The translations under genes and the position numbers were made by a program. From Neocallimastix sp. 'constans' (Eukaryota): a stretch of DNA of 64,000 nt. The notes beneath the pieces are model-generated. The model was given only the letters and a program-made list of their open reading frames with translations. It made no database searches and was not told the origin of the DNA. Below are positions 52,493-64,000 of the stretch, one piece after another (the stretch's first letter is position 1; each line of letters begins with the position of its first letter). Location: the NCBI GenBank assembly GCA_050613775.1, contig JBODTK010000142.1, forward strand, positions 372,001-436,000, given 5' to 3'.

Positions 52493-54703
52493 TTATTTTA
52501 TTTTTATTTTTATTTTTATTTTTATTTCATTTTATTTTATTTTATTTTATTTTATTTTATTTTATTTTATTTTATTTTATTTTATTTTATTTTATTTTTT
52601 ATTTAGTTTAATAAACCATTTATATATATTCATTTTTTAATAAATTTTTTGAAGAAAGTTAAATTTGAATAATTTAAATAAGTATTTTAAATTTAATAAT
52701 TATTATTAATATTAAATAAAAAATATATTGTTAATAAAAAAAAAATTCAAAATAATTATATATACATTTATGATTTAAAATCACAAATTCAAAATATTAT
52801 TAATATTATTAATATTATAATAAATTATAATTTAATAGTTCTCTTTGAATTTAATTAATGACATTCAATAAAAATATGAAAATTTGATGTAATTCTAAAA
52901 ATAGTTTACCTCCTTTTTTTCAAAATCATTTGAATTTCGTTGATTTTTTTGATAATAATAGTTGTTGTTGTTACTCTGATATTGTTTATTATATCTATTG
53001 TTATAGTTTTGCTTTGGATTTGACATACGATTTTGAAATTGTTGATTACCATCTTGACTTAAAGATTTCTGTTGAAAAGGTTTCTGCTGAAAAGGTTGTT
53101 GATTTTGTTGTGGCTGTTTTTGCTGTTGTCGTTGTTGCATTTGTTGAAACTGTTGCTGTTGAAGTTGTTGCTGTTGCTGTTGAAGTTGTTGTTGCTGTTG
53201 CTGTTGTTGAAGTTGTAATTGGTGCTGTTGTTGAATCTGTTGTTGTTGTAATGCAATAAATGCCTGTAAATTCATATTATCGTTTGTATTTGAAAAAGAA
53301 AGTGGCATTTGAGAATTATTTACTTGATTTTGTATATTATTAGAAAGAGACTGAGCTCTAAACGACGCTTCTAAATCTTCAAGATTTAATACACGATGTT
53401 GATCAATTTTTGGTGGTTTTGGTACTTGCTGTTGTTTTTGTTCAATTTCATTAACGAATCTAACTTGTTGTAATTGTTGTTGTATTTGTTGAAGTTGTTG
53501 TTGCTGTAGTTGTTGTTGAAGTTGTTGTTGCTGCAATTGTTGCAACTGTTGTATTTGATGATAATGAAATTGTTGCTGTTGCTGTTGTTGTAATTGTTTT
53601 TGAAGTTGTTGAAATTGCTGTTGCTGTAATTGCTTTTGAATTTGTTGAAATTGTTGTTGAGGTGTTAATTGTTTAGGATCCATTCCTATTTTTGCCATTT
53701 GAATACTTTGTTGCATTTGAAGTGGTGAAAAGTTAGATATATGATTTTCTAATAACATCTTTGATTCTATTTGAGATAATGGAATACTTTTATATTTATC
53801 ATAATCAAAAGGACTATTCGTACCTTCATTATTCTTAGTTTCATCTGTAATTAATTAAGATTTTAATTTAATATTTATTATAATCCATATTTTCTTCAAA
53901 ATAAAATAAATAATAATAAAAATGATAGTAATTTCTATATTCACTAAAAAGTATAATATATTTAAGCAATTATTACCAGAAAAATTAGAATTTCCCGAAT
54001 TATAATGATTCCAAATCTAATATTAAAAAATAGTATAATATTTAATCAAAATGTAAATGAAACTTTATAATAATTATTTTATTATTATTATTTAAATAAA
54101 TAAACTAGAAATGCTAATTTACTCTCTCATTTAACATATCAGAAGCCGATTTGTTAATATTACTATTTTTTATTCCAAATGTTTGTTCTCTATCAATAGA
54201 ACTTGAAGAATTGTTAAAAGAACTAGAGCCACTTAATTGCTTGCTGCCTAAATCTTGTCCTTTTTATATTTAAATAACCTTTTTAATTTAATAAAATATA
54301 TTTGAAATTTATTTATATACTTTAAATATATTTACCTTGAATTTGCTTTTCAAAAAAAGAATTTCCTGCTGTAAAATCAAAATTTCTATCTTTATAATAT
54401 CATATAATATTATTATCATATTATTTTAATTATATTTATTTTATAATTATATTATTTATTATAAAAGAAATATATATATATATATTAACATCATATTCTG
54501 ATATTATATTAATAGATACCGATTTTATCCACATCTGCTGCAGCTCCAAAAGTTTCATTATTCAATTCTTCATCATCATCTAAAATTGGATTTTCTTTTA
54601 ATCCAAAAGTTTCTAAATCTTGGTCTACATTACTTTTTTTCTCTTTAGATAATTCCGATTTGTCTAGAGGAGGAAGAGAAGTATCAAAACCAAAAAATGA
54701 CAT
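50117..54703 (-). CDS. PAT1: mRNA decay factor Pat1 (decapping activator), multi-exon, with poly-Gln region
   Basis: N-terminus MSFFGFDTSLPP...ELNNETFG and an FDF motif in exon 2 (DRNFDF). Q-rich exon 52910-53845. YSGLMTRKEKELIARIQISQLITDDPYSDDFYYQ, LEGALGKIALNSVRNPKQLL, HPFVQFLSYSKGKKVIPR, LSRAEILRQ, VWQFLAAIA, and NLFLHALGID near the C-terminus. Confidence 0.93.
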
Positions 54704-55039
54704 TTCTAATAATAACTAAATTAATTATTAAATTTTTAATAGAAGAGATAATTAATACTTCGTTATTTTTTTTTTTTTTTTTTTTTTTTTGTATACTATC
54801 TATATGATATAAAAAAAAAAAAAAAAATGTTTCATAAATCTTTGTCAATTTTTTATATTCTAAATTTTTTTTTTAAAAAATTAATAATAAAATTTTCTTA
54901 TGATCAAGAATTAATTCAATAGTTTTTATTTTTAATTTTCTAAATATAATAAATAATAAATTATTTATTTATAAAAATTGATTAAAATTCAAAATTATTT
55001 CTAAAAATTGAAAATAATTATAGTAATTATGTTAATATT

Positions 55040-55076
<37 letters not shown>

Positions 55077-56529
55077 TTATGGAATTATAATTTATGTTTT
55101 ATAAATGCTGGATCCATCATTTTTAAATATATAATAAAATTACTTTTAATAAAAAACTTGAAATATATATTATTAATTATATATATTTATATATATATTA
55201 ATATAAATTTTGTTTATACAATTCTATAATTTCACTGTTGATATAAATAAAATCAAATAATATTGCATTTAAAGAATTATGTTTTCTTTACTTCAAACCC
55301 AACAATTTATTATATATATAGTAAAATATTTTACTTTATTCTTTAATTATTATTTTTATCACAATTGATTTTTTTTTTTTTTTTAAACTTCTTTAATTAT
55401 TATTTATTATTATCCTCTTTAGTTGTAAAAAATATATATAATAAAAAGAAAGCAAAATATTGTTAATCATAAACAATTATTATATAATTAACAATAATAT
55501 AAGTTAATATATATAATATAAAAATATAACATGCCATGAATCATATTACAAATATAATATTAATATGAATAAAATACAATTATTTAATATATTATTAATT
55601 ATTTATAATATATTATTCTTTAATAAATTTATTAATTAATTATTAATATTATTAATAATTATTTATTTATTTATTTATTTATTATTTATTTATTATATAT
55701 ATATTTATTTATTATTTATTTATTATTTATTTATTTATTATTTATTTATTTATTTATTTATTTGTAACTATTAATTATGGATTTTTATTATTATTATAAT
55801 TAATACTACTATAATTATATTATTTGAATTAGTATATAATTAATAATATTATAATTATATTATTTGTAAGAAATAAATATTAATTTTATTATTTAATGGA
55901 TTACAATAAAAATAATTATCTGTTTATATTATACATTTATAAGCTAAAATAAAAAAAAAAAAAATTAGTTTTTCATTAAACCAAATTAATATTCTTTTCT
56001 ATAAATAGATATCTTTACATTTTTTTATTATATTATTTTTATTCATTATAGTAAAAAATAAAAATTTAGACTTTTATTTTGTTGTAATATCACAATATAG
56101 ACAAATATGAAATTATTTTTATTTTTTTAATAATTTTATATATTAGAATTGTAAAAAAAATACCCAGTTATTTTCAAGCTATAAAAAAAATATTATATAT
56201 CAAAAATATTTATATTATAAAAATAGTTAAAAAAAATAATAAATAAGCTTTAATATCATGACTATATATCATGGATTTATCCTATAAAAAATTAAAGTTA
56301 ATTTAATTCATATATTAAAAAGGAAATAATTATTTTAAATTTATCTGAATTAATTTTATAAAAGATTATTAATCTATATTTTATATAAAATATTAAGATA
56401 ATAAGGATTAGATTAAATTAATATAGGATTGTGCATTTTACAATGTGGTGTATATAATTTTAAATAAAGCCATACATTTTTAAGATATTCTATACAATCA
56501 TGAATAAATATATAAATAATTATTATTTT

Positions 56530-56658
56530 AAAGAAATAATAATATATTTTTTCAATTAAATATTATTAAATAACATATTTCAAAAGAAATAATAATATAT
56601 TTTTTCAATTAAATATTATTAAATAACATATTTCAAAAGAAATAATAATATATTTTTT
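56530..56658. repeat. Tandem repeat, about 53 bp unit, about 2.4 copies
   Basis: aaagaaataataatatattttttcaattaaatattattaaataacatatttc is repeated. Confidence 0.85.
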
Positions 56659-59082
56659 AAAAAAGAATTATAAAAAGAATATTTATTATTTATTTAATTA
56701 TTATTTATTAATTATTAAAAAATAAGCCACATACAAAAATACGCCACATATATTAAATAAAAATATTCAAGTAATAAGGATTAGATTATGTAATAAATAA
56801 ATTATAAAATATCTTATATATGTATAAAAGACAAAAATATATCAGGAATTAATAATTATTTGAAAAAAAAAAAAAAATAATTTTTTGATTTTAAATCTTT
56901 TCTAATCTTTATTGTTATAATATTATTATAATTTTTATTATATTATATTATTATTACTATTTAATTATTATTATTATTATTATAACTATTAATACTACTA
57001 TTATAATAATTATTATTATCATTAATAAAAGTACTATCTTTTCATTGTTGTTATTAATATATACAATATTTTTATTTTATTAAAAACAATTTTAATTTTT
57101 TATCATTAATCATTAATACCATAAATACAGTCTTAATATTATCATTAAAGATACAATTTGACTATTATTAGTATATGATTCTTATTTAAGAATTAAAATT
57201 ATTTCGAAATTCGTAATATTTCTATACAATATTACATGAAATATATTTTAAACTACTTATTTTAATATTTAATGCTTTTCTTTTCCGAGAATATATAAAA
57301 GAATAAGAAAATTTATGTCATATAAAATATATTTTATACTGCTTTTTTTATAAACAATTAATATTTTATGTTTTTCTTTTCCGATATAAAAGAATATAAG
57401 AATATTTTTTAAATTACAAATTATCGAATGAATAAAAAAAAAATAAAAAATTATTAAATAAAATATTATATCAAAAATAATTTAAATTATAATTATATAT
57501 ATATTTTTTATAAATTCGATCAATAATATAAAAACTGAATATTATAATATTTCTATAATATTTTTTATATATTTAATATTATTTAATATTAACTAAATGA
57601 AGTAGCAGAGTTTTATAAATTTAATAAAAAAATTCAAAAATGTACTCACAAAATATTTTAAATTTGTCAATTACTTATTCAAAATTAATTCAAAGAATTA
57701 ATTAATGAATAAATTTTTACTCATTTTATATTGTAACTTTTTTTTTTTTTTTTTTTTTACTTTAAATGAAACACATATTTTATACCATATTTTATTAAAC
57801 TTGTTAATTATAATTAATAATTGTTTATATTTAATATTTAATTTTATTAAATAAATTAGTATTTTTTAATATCAATAAAAAATTTTTAATATTAACTAGG
57901 TTATTTATATTACTTCTTCATATATTACACTAAAATATAATATATAATATTATATTATAAATTATAAATTATATATTGGTTCAATTTATTATCTTTCATA
58001 TTTATTATATATATGGAATATTAATATATAAATAAATATAATTAATAATGGTTTATATTTATAAATTTAATATATATGTATAATAATATATTCAATATAT
58101 TTCAATATATTTTAAAATTAATATATTAAATAAAACATTAATAATTATAATAAAAAAAAAAAAAAAAAAAGAGAAAGTAAAAAAATAAAAAATAAAGAAA
58201 TTATAAAAAATAAATATCCAATTTAATAATATATTTTTTACTTTATCTTTTTCATTCATTTTTATTTTTGTTTTTATTTTCATTTTTATTTTATTTTATA
58301 TTATAAAAAATTATTTTTATAAAATATAATAATTATTATTCAATATATTTATGGTATAATTATAATGTTTATATCCTTTTAAATTCTTTAGAACTCATTT
58401 ATTTTTATAAAAGATATATACTACTTGACAAACAAAAATTATCGATTTTGAAACTACTAAATATATTTAAATAATACTTTTAAAGTAGTTTTTTTAATTT
58501 ATTCAGTTTTTTAAAAATTCATTAAAGGTTTTTAATAATTTTATTATATATATATATATATTTTTTTTTTTTAAAAAAAAGATAAATAGTATTTATATGT
58601 ATATTTGAAAAAATATTTATATATTTATTAATAAAAAAAATTTCACAACTATAGAATTAATTAAGGTAATATTATATTTTTTGTAAATTATTAATAAAAG
58701 TTTAATACTCAATATATAAAGAATGTTTATTACAGTTTAATAAATAAATGTAAATTAATATAAAGTATATTTGTTATGTTTTAAAACAAACAAAAAAAAA
58801 CAAAAATTGTAATTATAAAAAAAAGTAAAAGAAAAAACAATAGTAATTAGTTTAAAAAAAATATATATATATAGAAATAAAAAAATACCAATTAAAATAA
58901 TTTTGTATTATATATTAAAAATTATTTTTTAAAAAATAGTTTATTATTAAATATATATCGTAAAATTTTCATTTAAATAGTTCTTAATAATAATAATATA
59001 TATATATTTTTTTAGAAGAAATAATTCTTTTCAATATTAAAAATAAAATAAACTAAAATATATAAATAAGGAAAAATATTAG

Positions 59083-59465
59083 GAATGTAAAACATGTCTT
59101 TTATTATTATTATTATGTTATTATCAAGTATAATGTATTATTTTAAAATAAATCAAAATAAAAATAAAGAAATTTCTGAAATTTATTTATTAAGTAGTAA
59201 TAATATAAATAGTAAATTATGTTCATGAAATATTATCGTATTTTAAATAATAGTATCTAAATAAGTATGGAATATAAAACATGTCTTTTATTATTATTAT
59301 TATGCTATTATCAAGTATAATATATTATTTTAAAATAAATCAAAATAAAAATAAAGAAATTGCTTGAATATATTTATTAAGTAGTAATAATATAAAAAGT
59401 AAATAATGTTTATGAAATATTATTATATTTTAAATAATAATAACATCTAAATAAATATGGAATAT
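59083..59465. repeat. Tandem duplication (about 188 bp, 2 copies) upstream of the PHD gene
   Basis: aaaacatgtcttttattattattattatg.tattatcaagtataat...catctaaataa.tatggaatat is present twice with few substitutions. Confidence 0.9.
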
Positions 59466-59643
59466 TAAAGTATTTTAAATAATAATAAAATTTGAATAAA
59501 AAAAGTTATAGATAAGATAAAGGATATCAAATATTTAATTTAGAACAATTTTTATAAAAATATATGATTTTAATAAATATCATAATATTGAATTTATTAT
59601 TATTTGTTTAACATATATTATTAGTCAAAATATAAGGGTGAAA

Positions 59644-59685
<42 letters not shown>

Positions 59686-59771
59686 AAATTTAATACCATA
59701 ATATAAAATAAGAAAGTACTTATATATTTTTTTATACATATTTATTAAAATGCAGAAAAAATAATAATAAA

Positions 59772-62514
59772 ATGACCAATTTGTCTGATGATGAGGGAAA
59801 TGCAATTACACAATGCATTTGTGGTAAAAATAGTCGTAAGTAAATAAAGTATTAATAAAAATGAAAAAAAAAAAATTATTATATTAAATATTCTAATATA
59901 ATAAATATTATTATTTTTTTTTAAATTTTATAAAATATTTTAATTTATATTAAGCTCATTATGATGGTTTAATGATTCAGTGTGAAGACTGTGGTGTTTG
60001 GCAGCATGGTGCCTGTGTAAATATTACCAAAAAGAATACACCAGAAAATTATTATTGTCAAAAATGTCGTCCAGAATTTCATCCATATAATTCACATCTT
60101 TTAAAGTAAGTATTATTTTTTTTTTATTATATTAAACATAAATAAATAAAGTATAAGAAAAAAAATAATAAAGAATGAATTTTTAAAAAACAATAAAAGC
60201 AGTAATGAAATATAAAAAATAAATAATGAATAATCATAATAAAAAATTTTATTTATTTTTTTAAATAAATATTTTATTCAAATAGTTTATTACAAATAGA
60301 ATTATATAAAATAAAATAAATAATTTTAAACGTGTTAAAAAAAATAAATTTAATAAAATTGATATAAGAAAGGAGAAAAAAAAAATTTAAATTTAGATAT
60401 AAATAAAATGATTAAAAAGAAATATGTTTTAAAACTTAATATATAATAATATATAATATTAATTTAAATATACTTAAACACATATTAATATATATTAATA
60501 TATGTTATGTAGTAAAATTTAATAATATATATTAATATATAATACATTATGAATTATAATAATATATTATTAAATATTACATTTAATTCAATATGTACTA
60601 CAATTATACAAATCAAATTTCATTTAAATATTAATTTATTTATTTATTATTTTTTTTTTTAAAAAAATTAAAAAATTGAAATTTATTTTGTTATTAAATA
60701 ATATTAAATATCAGAATTTTTTTTTTATTATCTAAATATTAATAATAATATTAATAATGAATTATTCATTAAAAATAAAAAGAACTAAACATAATTATTT
60801 ATTATATATAATATTATTTTATATCTGTGAATTTAAATAAATATTGTTATAAATGCTTATTATTATTTTTTTAGACATAAAAAATTGTCAACAATTCCAA
60901 ATAGCCCACCAACCAAAAGTTTTTCACCAGTGACGTCATCTCCAAAGAAAAGAAATACAATGAATAGTCTTGAAGCTTCTCAAAATTATAATGCATTATT
61001 AAATTTAAATGCTAATATTTCAAGTAGTGAAAGTGAACCTTCATCTACTACAAGTGGAAAAAGAAAAAGAAAAGCAACTCGTAATTTTTCACAAGATTTA
61101 TCTTATTCTTCAAATAATTCAGATAGTTCAATTGAAAAACTAAAAAAAATTAGAAAGTCACATTCACAAGTTGATTATGATAATAATGATAATGGATCAA
61201 AATTAAAGGAAAGTTCTTCAAAAAATTCTAAGAGACTTCATAAAACTTCACACAAAGTATATGATGATGATTATGATGAAATAGATGATATTGATGATGT
61301 AGAAGATGATATAGATGATGATGATTATATTCCAAGAAATGATGGAAAGCCTTCAAGAAATTTGTTCAATAAAAAACATGAAAATAATTTATTTAAAAAG
61401 ACAAAATTTGAAGAAGGATCTGATCATGGTAATAATGATAATATTTTTTATATTTGAAATTTTAATTTTCAAAAAAAAAAAAAAAAAAAAAAAGAATATT
61501 CTAAAATAAATAAATTTTCTAAAAAAAATTTAAATATTAAAGATAAAAATATATTTTAATATATATATATTTATATGTAATAATAATAAATTATTATTAT
61601 TATTAGGAAAAATCAAAATTAAAAAAGATGATGCAATATATGAAGATAAATCAACTAAAAAAACTGATTTGAATAAACAGGAAGATTCAATTAGAATTAA
61701 AAAAGAAAGAAGGAGTTCAAAATTAAGTAATGGGCTAGGTTTAACTTATGATGATTTAAAAGAAGAATCAAATTCAGAAGATATTAAAAATATAAATGGA
61801 ATAAATGAAAAGACATTAAAAAATAAAAAAAATTATGCTAGCGATTCAATTTCACATGCATTAAGGTCTTCTTCAGAATTAAGAGACGTAGAAAGTTCTG
61901 GTCATTCACCTAGTACAAATCGTAAATCGAGTCAAAGAAATAATAAGTTTAATAATGATTCAGAAGAATCAAAATCTGATATGTATAGTTCTTCATTATA
62001 TCGAAATGAATATAATGATACAGATTCTACGAATAATCAAAACGCGAATTCATCCTCAAACACAAATATCCATATTTCAACAAGACATTCAACACGTAAT
62101 ACACATAGAGTTAATTATCAACTTCATTCTGCTTCAAGTCATAATCATAATAATACCCATAATAAAAATAATACAATTATTAAAGTTAAATATCCAAATC
62201 AAAAAGCATCTTTAAATGAAATGAGTAAACGTTCTAAACAGATATTAGAATATTTAAATCGTACTAGGGCAGATGTGAAAGAATTATATAGAAAAAAGAG
62301 ATTAAATTCAATTATACAGGCTGGTGGAAAAGTTGATATTAAGGAATATAGAAATGAAATTAAATACACAGATGGTGAATTAATAACAGATAATGCTGAT
62401 TCAATGACTTCATCACCTGGAAATGATATTAATGAAAATGAATTAACTTCATTAGAAATGCTTGAAAAACTGTGTATAAAAATAAACAAATTTCAACAAG
62501 ATTACTATGAATAG
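59772..62514 (+). CDS. CTI6: Cti6-like PHD-finger protein (Rpd3L HDAC complex subunit), 4 exons
   Basis: Exon 1 MTNLSDDEGNAITQCICG and exon 2 YDGLMIQCEDCGVWQHGACV...YYCQKCRPEFH form a C4HC3 PHD. Low-complexity exons 3-4 follow. The C-terminal ASLNEMSKRSKQILEYLNRT...LTSLEMLEKLCIKINKFQQDY resembles the Cti6 C-terminal domain. Confidence 0.8.
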
Positions 62515-63047
62515 ATTATAAATAAATATAAATAATTTAATTTATAATAAGATAATTTAAAAAAAAATATATATATATATATATCTTGACAAATTTTATG
62601 AATTATTTAAATTATAAATAAAATAAGAAATTATAAAATTTATTTATTTATTTATATATTATTTATATTAATTTTATAATTTATTTTATTTTCATTATTT
62701 ATTCATTTATTCATTTTTTTTATTAATTTAATTTAATTTATTATTATTATTTTTTTATTTTTATTTTTATTTTGTTTTGCTTTTTATTTGTTTTTTGTTG
62801 TATTATCTTTAATGAATATATCATATTTATTGTATGTATTTGATATTATTTCAATAATGCATATCTTGTGTTTCTTTTAAATATGAAATATATTATTGTG
62901 AAATAAGAAAAAAATATAAATATTTGTTAATATATATATATGTATTATTGATTTTCGAATCAACTTTAAAATTTTTGTAATTAATTTTAAAATCTAAATT
63001 TATTAATTGAACATATATTATAATTATAATCTATGAAATACATAAAT

Positions 63048-63084
<37 letters not shown>

Positions 63085-63434
63085 CTCCTCTATTCAGTAA
63101 TAAAATAATATATTAATTATTGTTATAATACCCATAACTTATATATACATATATATATATTTTTTTATGAATTGAAAAATATTCGATTTTACATATGATT
63201 AGTTTTAAATAATCAACAAACTAATAAAAAATAGTTCAAAAACAAATACAAAAAATCATAAAAAACTATTTAAGAGCAATCAAATAACAAATATTAACCT
63301 TAATTAATAACATAAAAGAAATAGTAATAAACAATAGAATATAAAATTAAATTAAAAGAATTTGGAAATATAAAAAAAAAAAGAAAAAAATAAAACCTAA
63401 ATAAAAAATTTAAATATACCAGTCTATTATTAAT

Positions 63435-64000
63435 ATGAAGTTGTACAATCATTTTAAATTTTTAATTACAATTACTATCATATTTTTTGTATTTTGTAAT
63501 GCCGATTTAATTGATGAATCTGAATCATTTTGCTCTACAGATCCTGAAGGTTCATGTACAATACCTTCAGGACACACTGTTGTAAATCCCTTTCAAGGTA
63601 TTCAAAATCTTTTTTCAAAATTTTATTTAGGATATGCTGATAGAATAAGAAATATAACAAAAATTAAAAATGAAAGAAGAGATGCAGAATTTGCGATTCA
63701 AGAAGGTTCAGGAATTGAAAAAATTACTAGTAATAATTATCAAAAATTAATAAATGGTACTTGGCTTGTACAGATTTATTCACCATGGTATTTATTAATA
63801 TATATGCTATTATATTTGAAATAATTATTTTATATAATGTTGTTTAATATAATATTTATTTTTATTATCTCAAAGGTGTCCATATTCTTTACATTTTCAA
63901 AGAACTTGGAGAGAAGTTGTTAAAGATGTAAAGCACAGAAGTAAACTTATATCAGATGGTGTAAAATCTTTCGAAGAAGAACAAAAAATTTTAAATGATG
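63435..64000 (+). CDS. Secretory-pathway thioredoxin-fold protein (TMX/PDI-like), runs off the window end
   Basis: Signal peptide, then IEKITSNNYQKLINGTWLVQIYSPW. The intron at about 63788-63875 joins it to CPYSLHFQRTWREVV, giving active site WCPYS. Confidence 0.8.

Noticed and set aside
52930..53259. Val-rich + ORF and Asn-rich alternative-frame ORF
   Set aside because: Shadows of the CAA repeats of the Pat1 poly-Gln exon.

Overview
Eukaryotic, extremely AT-rich genomic DNA with GT-AG introns, long homopolymers and microsatellites. The composition, gene structure and intronless bacterial-type genes best fit an anaerobic gut fungus (Neocallimastigomycota); this is an inference. I can support about 12 protein-coding genes: a bacterial-type VOC/glyoxalase, a low-complexity hypothetical protein, two tandem intronless EamA/DMT transporters, a very divergent multi-exon MFS (DHA2-like) transporter, IMP dehydrogenase, a secreted 2xLysM-CE4 deacetylase, an HD-domain hydrolase with micro-exons, a compact Pib2-like FYVE protein, Pat1, a Cti6-like PHD protein and a truncated TMX-like CxxS thioredoxin. 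Intergenic DNA holds Ty1/copia relics, at least six fragments of one non-LTR (LINE) family, and several tandem, higher-order and inverted repeats. No rRNA, tRNA or CRISPR array was seen. I found no complete novel multi-gene system. The best leads are the LysM-LysM-CE4 protein, the probable HGT genes, the minimal Pib2 and a conserved 3' motif of the LINE family. Exon boundaries were read by eye and need RNA-seq confirmation.
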